Positions 1 through 12,590 of a stretch of DNA of 64,000 nucleotides are shown in pieces. Under the pieces are notes generated by a model. The model made no database searches, was not told the DNA's origin, and saw only the letters and a list, made by a program, of their open reading frames with translations. How positions within the stretch are numbered: the stretch's first letter is position 1; every line of letters starts with the position of its first letter. The DNA is from Octopus bimaculoides (Eukaryota): contig NC_068989.1 in NCBI RefSeq assembly GCF_001194135.2, positions 91,951,082 through 92,015,081 on the forward strand, written 5' to 3'. The translations under genes and the position numbers were made by a program.

Positions 1-56
<56 letters not shown>
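1..56. repeat. (GT)n microsatellite
   Basis: Perfect GT dinucleotide run at the window start. Confidence 0.95.
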
Positions 57-58
<2 letters not shown>

Positions 59-946
59 AAACATGTGGTTGTAGTAATTGGTGTTGTTAATGATGAGTTA
101 GTTTATCTGGGGCAGAGATTTGGGAGAACAGACACAGCCAATCACTCCATCGAATGTGTGTGTGACAGGCAAAAGACAAAAGAAATATATCTTTATCTTT
201 ATATTATCATTTTAAATAATTATAATATAACGATTGTTAGTCTGTCGCACAATAAAATTTAGAATCTCATTATCGAAAGATGACGTAAAATATTCACTTT
301 CGTTTGATGACGGCTATCTTCATATTAAAAATTTGCAAACATCAATTGATGATATCCGCCGTTTAATAATTAAACATGGCGACGAATTTCATGTAGCTCA
401 CCGCAAGAGAGACTGAGAACGTACAGACTCGGTTGTAAAAAATGTGAACGATCCGGAACATATTTACAGTTTCGACAATTCATCGCTGTGGCATGGTACT
501 TTCTTAGAATTAATGAAATGATATAAGGTAAATTCGATCTGAGAAGAATGTGAACCCAGATCGTCGAGTTTCAGAATAAATAGTAATACATTATGTAATC
601 CGTTCTAATTCACTGCCTAGGTGGGTGTATATATTTCGACATATGTGTATACGTTTAGGTGTGTCTATATTTTTTCATAACCGTATGTGTCAAGTATGAA
701 AGAGAAAGAGAAATAGAGAGAGAGAGAGTGCGCGCGCGCGCGCGCGTGTGTGTGTGCGCGCATGTGCGTATTTTCGTGTGTTTGCGTGTGCAGATGTTCG
801 TAAATTATGAATATGTCAAATCAGCGAAACTTCATTTAGAAATTGCAAATCCAGAATCAAAACATATTTGCTAGGAAACACACTTTGTTAATATGAAAAT
901 GAGATTCTTCGAATATCTTGCTGAATCAAAACGTAAGCCGTTAAAA

Positions 947-983
<37 letters not shown>

Positions 984-1552
984 TGAAAAATCTGACAAAA
1001 GAAAAGTAAAAGCAACGAAATTAACACGTTTGCTATCGAATATCATGCTTAATCAATAGCCTTTCGAAGTAATAATCGATGAAATTAAGGGAGAATTTCG
1101 AATGGTAATATTAATATTGCAAAAAAGAAAAATAACGCATAAAAAAAGAGAAGAGAAAAATGATGATGTTGATGATGATGATAATGATGATGATGGAGGG
1201 ACGTGGTAGGGCAGTGGGAAAAGTGTAAGAAGAAAAGCATTGGCAATAGTAATATTGATGATAACAATAACAGGAAAATACAAAAAGAAACTCAAGATAA
1301 AAAAAATGGTAAAAGAAGGATAAAAAATAAAATATATGTCAGCTATAAAAATTATTAATAAACAAGAAAAAATATGACCCAAAGAATAAACAAAAAGTGC
1401 AAAAACTTAAGGCTTCAACATCAATGGTTACAAACGAAAGGAATCGAGAAGAAACGGAAAGAAGCGGAAAGAAACCCAACACCAAAACGTTGGTGGTGGT
1501 GCTGGTAGTGATGGTGGTGGTGGCGGCGGAGGTGAGAGCGCAAAGCAAAGGG

Positions 1553-1593
<41 letters not shown>

Positions 1594-1792
1594 TATATAG
1601 AATACAAACCTATAAAAATAAAAAAAAAACCCTTAAAATCACAAGAATCAATTTGTTGTGGTCGGAACGATTTAAAAAGTGGAGATTAGTGATGTTGAAT
1701 GAAAGTTTAAAAAGCATGAAATTCTGGCTTTTAAAATGATATTGGACCTTTGAGCTTTGAGATTTTGCGCAGGCTAATGAAGCGAATACTTT

Positions 1793-1803
1793 TATTATTA
1801 TTA

Positions 1804-1883
<80 letters not shown>

Positions 1884-1935
1884 GTTGTTGTTGTTGTTGC
1901 TGTTGTTATTATTATTATTAATAATAATATCATTA
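1793..1935. repeat. (ATT)n/(GTT)n compound microsatellite
   Basis: Long ATT run followed by GTT and AAT runs; source of the poly-I/L/N ORFs. Confidence 0.95.
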
Positions 1936-2556
1936 TCGTCAATATTATTATCATTTTTATTTTTGTTATTCGTATTATCATTATTATTCATTGTTTTTTT
2001 ACCTTATTCTTTTTATTAATAATTTTTTAATTATTGTTTTTAATAGAGAAGCTGTCATTTTGAAGGGTTTATACGAAGGAATAGAACAAAAATTGCTTAA
2101 AAATAAATTTGAACGTAAAAGAAGGGAAACACCGACAAATATTGAAAAATTATAAAGTAGAAAATAAGAAGAAATGATTTAAATAAGAAAAAAATTGAGA
2201 ATGATTATGTGAAATTAACAGTAAGATAATAAAATAACTGAAAAAAAAACACACACAGAATACAACCCACCACTTACAATTTACAAGTAAAAATAATAAA
2301 AGATAAAATGATAAAAATAATATTAAATTGTTTATGACGACTATGAGGAAGGGAATGACAATAGTAGCAATATTAAAAAATATGTAATATTTATGGCAGG
2401 GATCTTATTCTTAATATAACGATATTATTATGGAGTAATATAACGATATAATAAACATATTATTCGGTGGATGTTATGAGAAAACACACAAAAAAAATAT
2501 TATAAAGAAATACAAAAGCAAAAGAAATGATACACTTGTAATAAGGAAACTATCTA

Positions 2557-2630
<74 letters not shown>

Positions 2631-2677
2631 CAACAACAACACTAATAACATCAATAACAATAATAAACAGGAGAAAG

Positions 2678-3066
2678 TGTAGCTGTGTAGTAAGTAGCTT
2701 TCTTACCAACCACATGGTTCCGGGTTCAGTCACACTGCATGGCAGCTTGGGCAAGTGATTTCTACTATAGCCTCGGGCCGACGAAAGCTTTGTGAGTGGA
2801 TTTGGTAGATGAAAATTGAAAGAAGCCAGTCGTATATATAAGTGTGTGCGCGCGTGCGAGCGCGTGTGTAATTGTGTGACTGTCTTTGACCCCGCAATAT
2901 CGCTTGACAACCGATGTTAGTGTGTTTAGGTCCCCGTAACTTAGCGGTTGGCAAAATAGACCGATAGAAGAAGTACTAGGCTTACAAAGAATAAGTCCTG
3001 GGATAAATTTGTCCGACTAAAGGCGGTGCTCCAGCACGGCCGCAGTCAAATGACAGAAACAAGTAT
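2678..3066 (+). mobile_element. tRNA-derived SINE, family A (near full length)
   Basis: Head gctgtgtagtaagtagctttcttaccaaccacatggttccgggttcag (A/B-box-like), central (TA)/(TG) tract, tail ggcggtgctccagcacggccgcagtcaaatgacagaaacaag; more than 12 homologous copies in the window. Confidence 0.9.
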
Positions 3067-3109
3067 AAAAATAAATACCACTACAACTATATTTTTGATG
3101 ATGCTTATT

Positions 3110-3330
3110 TTCATGTTTTATCTTTCAATTGTGTCGACCACTGAAATGCGGCCATGCTAGAGCAATGCTTTGAAGCTTTATAGTCGAATATATCGACCGC
3201 AGTTATTGTTTCTGTTAATTTATTTATTCTATCGTTCACCGTTCTGGAACTGCTAGGTTACAGCGAAGAAAACAAGCCACTGCGATTTCTGAAACAAAGA
3301 CACACACGCAAACACACATACACGCATAGA
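3110..3330 (-). mobile_element. Diverged 3' half of SINE family A
   Basis: Reverse complement matches the family A tail (gcggccatgctagagca..., ttattctatcg, ctaggttac). Confidence 0.7.
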
Positions 3331-4534
3331 TAGATACATACACACATACATAAACAGATAGAAGGATATGCGTAGCCGCCCAAACACACATAAATAGATA
3401 GTTACATACATATACACATACACAGAGAGATAGAAAGATATACGTCCCCACCCATATACACATACATATATATACATATACACAAAGAAATAGCTATACA
3501 TATATATACGCATATACATGCACATATACATATACACACACAAATCCAAACACACACACACACTCACACACACTTATATATAGATATATCGTTATGTATC
3601 CGCAAAACAATCACACACAAGGACAATAGAGTGATAATGTATTGTTTAGGAAGTTAAAAATTATGACTGGTCATGGAATAACCAATGGTTTCGCGCCTAT
3701 AAAGCGCTTAACATTATGGTTGACTCATCATACTGAAATGGCTGAAAGGGCATAAACTCTCTAGAACAGGAGGAAGAAATACGTAAGAATCAGTTGGTTT
3801 TGTAAATAATTATACATACATGCATACATATATATATACTTACACACACACATATATATATATGTATGCATACATACGCGCATATATATGTGTGTGTGTA
3901 TATATGTATACATACATGCATATATATATATGTTTGTGTGTATATATGTATACATACATATATATATATATNNNNNNNNNNNNNNNNNNNNNNNNNNNNN
4001 NNNNNNNNNNNNNNNNNNNNNNNNNNNNNNNNNNNNNNNNNNNNNNNNNNNNNNNNNNNNNNNNNNNNNNNNNNNNNNNNNNNNNNNNNNNNNNNNNNNN
4101 NNNNNNNNNNNNNNNNNNNNNNNNNNNNNNNNNNNNNNNNNNNNNNNNNNNNNNNNNNNNNNNNNNNNNNNNNNNNNNNNNNNNNNNNNNNNNNNNNNNN
4201 NNNNNNNNNNNNNNNNNNNNNNNNNNNNNNNNNNNNNNNNNNNNNNNNNNNNNNNNNNNNNNNNNNNNNNNNNNNNNNNNNNNNNNNNNNNNNNNNNNNN
4301 NNNNNNNNNNNNNNNNNNNNNNNNNNNNNNNNNNNNNNNNNNNNNNNNNNNNNNNNNNNNNNNNNNNNNNNNNNNNNNNNNNNNNNNNNNNNNNNNNNNN
4401 NNNNNNNNNNNNNNNNNNNNNNNNNNNNNNNNNNNNNNNNNNNNNNNNNNNNNNNNNNNNNNNNNNNNNNNNNNNNNNNNNNNNNNNNNNNNNNNNNNNN
4501 NNNNNNNNNNNNNNNNNNNNNNNNNNNNNNNNNN

Positions 4535-4576
<42 letters not shown>

Positions 4577-4858
4577 TATAATTGGACACAAGGGCCCAGG
4601 ACATCGAGTACAACATCAAAAAACAGAATGCAACATTGCGTAATAGCATTAACAATAGGGATATTAAAACATGAAATTTTAATCATAAAAAAGCATTATT
4701 GATAATAATAACGATAATTATTTATAAAGAAAAAAAATCTGTCGTTTGCGATAGACTCACAATATTATTTATTGAACGAAATAACATTCGTTCGAAGAAT
4801 CAGTACAAAAAGGAAAGAATATCAACTGTGGCAAACACAATCTGTTCTTCTTGTAATA

Positions 4859-4894
<36 letters not shown>

Positions 4895-5164
4895 GGAGGA
4901 GGAGGAGGAGCAGGAGACGAAGGATGTGGACGGGAGGAAATAGGTGGAGAAAGGAAAAAGGATGCCCATTACTATTATTTTTGCTATTATTTTCCCATTA
5001 TTATTTTTTGTATTTTATTGGTGTTATTATTCCGTTGCGACCAGTGTTTCTGGTTTGAACATGGTGAATGCAATTGATTAAGGAATAAAATTTCAGGCTG
5101 TATTTAGAGTCGAGTAACTGCAGTTACAACAACGCGAAGTTGATTTCCATAATATATGTACATG

Positions 5165-5195
<31 letters not shown>

Positions 5196-5939
5196 GTATG
5201 AATGCTTGTATGCATGTATGCTTTTATGTATATATATNNNNNNNNNNNNNNNNNNNNNNNNNNNNNNNNNNNNNNNNNNNNNNNNNNNNNNNNNNNNNNN
5301 NNNNNNNNNNNNNNNNNNNNNNNNNNNNNNNNNNNNNNNNNNNNNNNNNNNNNNNNNNNNNNNNNNNNNNNNNNNNNNNNNNNNNNNNNNNNNNNNNNNN
5401 NNNNNNNNNNNNNNNNNNNNNNNNNNNNNNNNNNNNNNNNNNNNNNNNNNNNNNNNNNNNNNNNNNNNNNNNNNNNNNNNNNNNNNNNNNNNNNNNNNNN
5501 NNNNNNNNNNNNNNNNNNNNNNNNNNNNNNNNNNNNNNNNNNNNNNNNNNNNNNNNNNNNNNNNNNNNNNNNNNNNNNNNNNNNNNNNNNNNNNNNNNNN
5601 NNNNNNNNNNNNNNNNNNNNNNNNNNNNNNNNNNNNNNNNNNNNNNNNNNNNNNNNNNNNNNNNNNNNNNNNNNNNNNNNNNNNNNNNNNNNNNNNNNNN
5701 NNNNNNNNNNNNNNNNNNNNNNNNNNNNNNNNNNNNNNNNNNNNNNNNNNNNNNNNNNNNNNNNNNNNNNNNNNNNNNNNNNNNNNNNNNNNNNNNNNNN
5801 NNNNNNNNNNNNNNNNNNNNNNNNNNNNNNNNNATATATATATGTATATATATATATATACATAATACATACATACATGCATACATGCATACATACATAC
5901 ATACATATATACAGAAATATGTATACATATTGAAATATA

Positions 5940-6430
5940 TAAATACTAGCGACGTGACCATTATCGACGGCATGAAAATACTTATATACATGAAGATCGA
6001 GATATGTTCTCCAGGTATTATTATGGAATGGAATCTAGCAAATGCAAAATTTCCTGACAGAAGTAATAATCGCAACAGACAGACATATAATAACTGAAAT
6101 GGAGAAATTATTTCAAAGCGAAGAATGAGAATAAGAATAAATCTAATGGCCATATTGACAACAGAATTGATGTCTCGAATAAAAGAAGCCCTGAGAATAA
6201 TATCAACAGATGTGAGGCAGACAGATTCGTAAATCTCCAAACTTACACAAGACATACGAAATGATACTAATGGACACCGTTTCTATTTGGGGAGAATAAT
6301 AGAAAATCAATCCGCAGTGCGTACTCCGGATGCAGGATCGGGCATTTGCAAACAGTGAAAGCAGGAAACAACATAAAGAAGAACAATAATTTCACCAAGA
6401 TTACTGTGGGATAAAGAAGACCCCTTGTTT
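5940..6430 (+). pseudogene. Possible highly decayed R4/Dong-like LINE ORF fragment
   Basis: Broken frames give CVLRMQDRAFANSESRKQHKEEQ, resembling the 'IQDQVIATRNY' region before the zinc knuckle of RLE-type LINEs; several stops and frameshifts. Confidence 0.3.
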
Positions 6431-7149
6431 TCGGGTTCAGTCCCATAGCATGGCAATTCCCGCAAGTGTTTTCTTCCACTGTTCCNNNNNNNNNNNNNNN
6501 NNNNNNNNNNNNNNNNNNNNNNNNNNNNNNNNNNNNNNNNNNNNNNNNNNNNNNNNNNNNNNNNNNNNNNNNNNNNNNNNNNNNNNNNNNNNNNNNNNNN
6601 NNNNNNNNNNNNNNNNNNNNNNNNNNNNNNNNNNNNNNNNNNNNNNNNNNNNNNNNNNNNNNNNNNNNNNNNNNNNNNNNNNNNNNNNNNNNNNNNNNNN
6701 NNNNNNNNNNNNNNNNNNNNNNNNNNNNNNNNNNNNNNNNNNNNNNNNNNNNNNNNNNNNNTTACAGAAAATAATAACGCCACACAGTGGACTTCTCAAA
6801 ATAACCACATTTAGTACCTAATGCGCGGAAAAACAACCAACAGAAGACGACCAACTTTCTTTTAAATAAACTTAACTGTGTATCGGCCGATTTCGCTATT
6901 ACTAGAATGAATCTAGATTTCGTTCATCAGCACAGTATTGTCCCAAAAATATATATAAATAAACAGAATTCTCACCTCACCAAAAACGAACACACTACGT
7001 ATCCGACAGAGTAAAGGGAATGAAGTTTATCTGTATATATCTTCATCAAAGAAGCGGGAATACTTCCGGGTTGCTTCTGGGTACCCATGTGGAGACAGGA
7101 ATACAAATTCAACATTGAATATATTCCGTGTATAAATTTGATAATGATA

Positions 7150-7340
7150 GATCGTTAACCACTACACACATTTTTTTCTCTCTGTGTTTCTTTCAGTGTT
7201 CCTTTCTGTAGAAGAGCGTAGGTTCGAGACATTAAAAACTTGTTCAATTCCCGAGCGTTATACTAATACATCTGTTTGTTTTCTACACTACCTGTCTTCG
7301 TCTATTAATTTTTTGTTTTTTTGAATTCTCCCTATATATA
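7150..7340 (+). mobile_element. Penelope-type short repeat family H1, degenerate hammerhead copy
   Basis: cttt CTGTAGA a GAGC gtag GTTC gaga cat t aaaa at 7202-7237; the remainder matches the copies at 16.6 and 51.2 kb and ends in ctccc(TA)n. Confidence 0.75.
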
Positions 7341-7718
7341 TATATGTACATATCTACGGACAGGGAGAATTGTACTTCCATTTCGCTTTCTCTGGAGACT
7401 CCGTGATCTCCGAGATGAAATAGCGAGCATCATGTGGACTAATGTTTACTGAGCGCCAACACATTCACCCAGAGCCCCAACGGCCAGCTCCGCCTCCGAG
7501 AAAGCAGCATATCCTCCAACAACACGCAGTACCCATCCACAAGAGATACAATTCATCTTATTGTTATAACCACAGGCATGCTCTTCTGGCAAATTTCAGG
7601 TCTCTGACTGCGAACAACCTGGATATACTATCTTAGCACCAACTTCTACGCTGCTTCGCTGTCTGCGGGTGAGACTTGGAGTCAACTTGTACAAATGCAA
7701 AGCAAATTTCAAACATAA

Positions 7719-7920
<202 letters not shown>

Positions 7921-8640
7921 NNNNNNNNNNNNNNNNNNNNNNNNNNNNNNNNNNNNNNNNNNNNNNNNNNNNNNNNNNNNNNNNNNNNNNNNNNNNNNNN
8001 NNNNNNNNNNNNNNNNNNNNNNNNNNNNNNNNNNNNNNNNNNNNNNNNNNNNNNNNNNNNNNNNNNNNNNNNNNNNNNNNNNNNNNNNNNNNNNNNNNNN
8101 NNNNNNNNNNNNNNNNNNNNNNNNNNNNNNNNNNNNNNNNNNNNNNNNNNNNNNNNNNNNNNNNNNNNNNNNNNNNNNNNNNNNNNNNNNNNNNNNNNNN
8201 NNNNNNNNNNNNNNNNNNNNNNNNNNNNNNNNNNNNNNNNNNNNNNNNNNNNNNNNNNNNNNNNNNNNNNNNNNNNNNNNNNNNNNNNNNNNNNNNNNNN
8301 NNNNNNNNNNNNNNNNNNNNNNNNNNNNNNNNNNNNNNNNNNNNNNNNNNNNNNNNNNNNNNNNNNNNNNNNNNNNNNNNNNNNNNNNNNNNNNNNNNNN
8401 NNNNNNNNNNNNNNNNNNNNNNNNNNNNNNNNNNNNNNNNNNNNNNNNNNNNNNNNNNNNNNNNNNNNNNNNNNNNNNNNNNNNNNNNNNNNNNNNNNNN
8501 NNNNNNNNNNNNNNNNNNNNNNNNNNNNNNNNNNNNNNNNNNNNNNNNNNNNNNNNNNNNNNNNNNNNNNNNNNNNGGTATACTGGGCTTCATATATTTT
8601 ACCCCAGCGTCATTTTGATGGTATGCACTGCTCTCTCACT

Positions 8641-8770
<130 letters not shown>

Positions 8771-8799
8771 AGCAATAACAACATAAATAACAGCCGCAA

Positions 8800-9030
8800 T
8801 TTTGCATAAACAGGGGTCGAAATCTTGTACTGAACTGATGATGTCCATGAATATGTTGGACGCCTGCATGGTTGCGGTCGTTTATTGTGTTATTGGAAAT
8901 ACGAACTGGACAACACAATGAAATAAAACTTTTGAAAGAGATGAAAGGGGGAAAGCCTTGACTATGCACAGAATACTTGTACGAAATGCAAATATCAGTC
9001 GATTATATATCAAGAGGAAGATTTCAAAGA
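8800..9030 (+). pseudogene. R4/Dong-like non-LTR retrotransposon fragment (region C-terminal to RT)
   Basis: Translation ...GNTNWTTQ*NKTFERDERGKALTMHRILVRNANISRLYIKRK matches the 'W...ID-RKTRKLLTMH...P-ADVDRLY-RK' motif of RLE-type LINEs. Confidence 0.65.
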
Positions 9031-9199
9031 GAGAGAATGTTATTATCTGTACTTATGTACGGTTGAATAAACAGCTGTAACGTGAAATGCTTTGACCAAT
9101 AAAGAGCTAGCACGGACGGTCTAAGTGTTGAACTCCCGAACTTATGATCAAAAACTAAATTTTCTAGCAACGAAGCAATCAACTTTACTCTTTTTACAT

Positions 9200-9665
9200 T
9201 TTTACTCCTCTATTTGTTTCAGTCTCTTGACTGCGGTCATGCTGGAGCACCGCCTTTAGTTGAACAAATCGACCTCACACCGATACTGGTGTGCTTACGT
9301 CACCGTAACTTAGCGGTTCGGCAAGAGACATAGATAGAATAAGTACAAGAATAGCTACTTATTCTTTGTAAGCCTTGTACTTATTCAATTTATTTCTTTT
9401 ACCGAACTGCTACGTTACGGTGACGTAAACACACCAGTATCGGTTGTGAGGCGATAGTGGGGTGACAAACACAGACAGAAACACATATATATAAATATAT
9501 ATATACGATGAGCTTCTTTCAGTTTCCGTCTATTAAATTCGTTCACAAGGCCTTAGTCCGCTAGAGGCTATAGTAGAAGACACTTGCCCAAGGTTCCACG
9601 CAGTTGGGACTGAACCCGGAACCATGTGGTTGGTAAGCAAGCTACTTATCACACAACCACTCCTA
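9200..9665 (-). mobile_element. SINE family A
   Basis: Reverse complement of the family A head (9600-9665) and tail (9215-9260), with an internal rearranged piece. Confidence 0.85.
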
Positions 9666-9779
9666 TCCAATATGTCCTCATTACATTTTGAAAGCTGCAT
9701 TTATTTTGAAAATATCATTGAACCAGAATTCTTTCGCCTTCCGCTGTTAAAACTGTTATCATTATAATAGGGTTTTGTA

Positions 9780-9995
9780 AGGTGGCGAGTTCACAGAATC
9801 GTTAGCACGTCGTGCGAAATACCTAGTGGTGTTTGGTCTGTCGCTACGTTCTGAGTTCAAATTCCGCCGTGGTCGACTTTACCTGTCATCCTTTCGGAGT
9901 CGATAAATTAGGTACCAGTCAAGTCCTGAGGTCGATGTGATAGACTATCCCCCTTCCCAGAAAAAATTCAGGCCTTCTGCTTATATTAGAAAGGA
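9780..9995 (+). mobile_element. tRNA-derived SINE, family C
   Basis: ggcgagttcacagaatcgttagcacg...gttctgagttcaaattccgccg.ggtcgacttt...tcatcctttcgg; homologous copies at 13960, 29840, 51740, 52545, 57440-58370 and 59465. Confidence 0.8.
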
Positions 9996-10413
9996 TTATA
10001 ATAGAGTTTTTTTGATATCCCTCTTCACAAAGATCGGATCACCTTCTACGTGTACCTTCAAAAATATTCCTTGTTATATCTGGATAGTGTTTGGAGTTCA
10101 TGTGTATGATCTTATCGTTTGCATTTTACAATGTTAACACTCCACTCTGATCAAACTGAAAGTTAAGGACTAAAACGACAAAAATGAGGATCGTTCTTAT
10201 GCTGACATTTAAATCGAATTCCTAGTATACTCTCACAGATTTTCTCTCAGCGAATCCAGTGCGTTCTCGTTCACATCGGATAAAATTGACAACCACCATT
10301 TCTGTGCAGTCCAGAGTGATAGGACCAATTTTGTTTTCTGATGGTGTTTAGTATGAACTGTCTGACGATAGAATTTATTTCGATTTCATCATAGATACCC
10401 ATAGGGTCACTGA

Positions 10414-10605
10414 TCAGAAGTGTATTCTGCCTACACACTGTAGCTGCATATGTAGAGTGACTGAATGCTCATCGTTGAAACCGCTGGAGTATCCATCATC
10501 GACATCATCACCCTCGTCGTCATCGACGGCGTTATCTTCGTCGTAGTCATCATCAGGTTCATCATGATCATCATCATCATCACTATTATCTTTGCTATTT
10601 TTCTT
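10414..10605 (-). CDS. Candidate exon encoding an Asp-rich acidic segment (unassigned)
   Basis: Plausible acceptor (ttgacttttttt atcgttgaacag) followed by the open frame KKNSKDNSDDDDDHDEPDDDYDEDNAVDDDEGDDVDDGYSSGFNDEHSV...; mixed GAT/GAC/GAA codons; no partner exons found. Confidence 0.25.
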   Translation of the reverse strand, partial: KKNSKDNSDDDDDHDEPDDDYDEDNAVDDDEGDDVDDGYSSGFNDEHSVTLHMQLQCVGRIHF

Positions 10606-11869
10606 CTGTTCAACGATAAAAAAAGTCAATATGTCTCTCTTCCATAATGTTTCAAGTTTGTCGATTATATTACTTGTTTTAAATATTAAGACATGAATAT
10701 TTATAAAGTTATATTCCATAACCTACCTTTCTACACTTTTGATATAAAATAGTAACTGTTAATATCTAATTTATGTATACCGAATGTGATGTTATGCACA
10801 CTATTTCTAACATACTGCTGGCTATATTTCAAGCATTATATAAGATTTACTAGCTTGATTTCAAGTCTTAATTCTTCCTGAAAACTTGACTCGTCTCGTA
10901 TTTATTTATTATTATTGATTTTCATATAACTATACTGTCTTATTAACTTTATTGTAAGATCGTCTTTTACTATAAGCTCTTCGAGAATGTGTAATTTTCC
11001 ACTAGTACTAGTCAAGCGTTAATTATATATTTCTATTTAATTACTTTTCGTCAGTTCATAAATATAATCTACTTATGGCCAGAACAATTCAGTTTCTCAC
11101 TATTTTATACTATTTTAGATGAAACACTAAATTTGATATTCATCTCTATGTGTAAATAGATTACAACTGTATTAACGTATACCTTCTATCATACCAGTAT
11201 TTTTATTGCAATCATTATTCTAGTAAATTCATACCGCCATAATTCTAGCTGCAGCTTTATCTACACTTTCGTTATTTATACAATCAGAATCACCACCTAT
11301 CCGTGTGGTTTTCTGCAACTGTATGACGAAATCATAAATTGTAATGCGGAAACAAATAGCAGAGTATATGTATTCTGTCGTTGTATTGTAATCAACATGT
11401 TAAACGAAATCAATATCTCACCAAAATAAAGGTAATGTTGACGTTGGCTCAGAAAACAAGTCAAGAGTTGTAACAATCAAAAGGACATGACATACAGATT
11501 TGTCTATAAAAGAATGAAAAATTGTTCTTGTATTTCTTATATATTAAATACACATAGCGTGTACATTTAACAAATACACAAATATTCTCAAAGAATATAA
11601 AAATAATAACGTAATTATGAAGAAACTTTATCATTTCTAAATCTCTCAACGAGAGACATACAGGAACAGAACTCTAAAGTAAAGATTACTTGCCAGCATA
11701 ATGTGGCAGACACAGATGTGTGTCGTATAGCCAGCTGGAGACGATGTTTCCTGGGGCTAAAACAACAGTAACATTCATGCCAACCGGGACTACCACATTA
11801 TGTTGGCAAATGATCTTTATCGTAATGATATTTTTATCACCTGCAATATTCTAGTAAATTTATCGAGCA

Positions 11870-12180
11870 ATAATTTTGACCGTAGCCTTGACATTTATAA
11901 TTTATATATTTTCACATACATTTTTACTAAGTGTTAGAAATATGAAGTAAATACTCCATGATACTGCTCAATAATCCTAGCACTTGGTTCTGAATTTAAC
12001 TGCCAACCTCTATTTCAATATCTTTATACTTGCTCGGTTTTTGGTAGGGCTCGACAGATACATTTATGTCGATTGGGACAGTTATATAAATGAGGAGACA
12101 TGACTTTTTGTCCAAAGTCTTTCAATATAATGTCTGGCCTATTCGCATCTATCTTTCTGTCACTTTGAATGGTGAAATTC
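11870..12180 (-). pseudogene. R4/Dong-like LINE 3' fragment with restriction-like endonuclease (PD..D) domain
   Basis: NFTIQSDRKIDANRPDIILKDF / (frameshift) KSCLLIYITVPIDINVSVEPYQKPSKYKDIEIEV, the RPD...D...K.KY RLE signature. Confidence 0.85.
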
Positions 12181-12590
12181 GGGCAGGCGAGGCTGTTTTT
12201 CTTTGCCTGGTGGCTATGGCGAAAGCGGCTGTCCGGTGGACGAGGGTGAAAGGCATGAGGAGAGAAACATTCTTCCTTGGTAGAGGTCTCATTGACTTCT
12301 TCAAGTTTCACTTGAAAAGGAAACTGAGGGTAGAGAGGCAAGCGCTGTCCTCAAGTGAGTTTCTTGAATGGTCGGTGAGAGTTGCGGAAATGGCAAGAGT
12401 GGATGGTACTTCTCTAAGTGTAGACCTATGAGTCGGAGAAAAGGAGTTTGAGAGGGCACTTGACCGACCGGGGTGTTCAGGGAGATCTTGGAGAGTGCGG
12501 GTACCTCTATTATCTCTAGAAGTCATCCTGTATCAGGAGGACTACATCTCAATCATTCTCCACCTTTTATTGTATATTATGTATATTACT
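12180..12590 (+). mobile_element. 5'-truncated Tx1/L1-like LINE: ORF2 C-terminus plus 3' UTR
   Basis: RAGEAVFLCLVAMAKAAVRWTRVKG...LIDFFKFHLKRKLRVERQ...VAEMARVDGTSLSVDL* is homologous to the copies at 62.5 and 63.2-64 kb. Confidence 0.75.
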
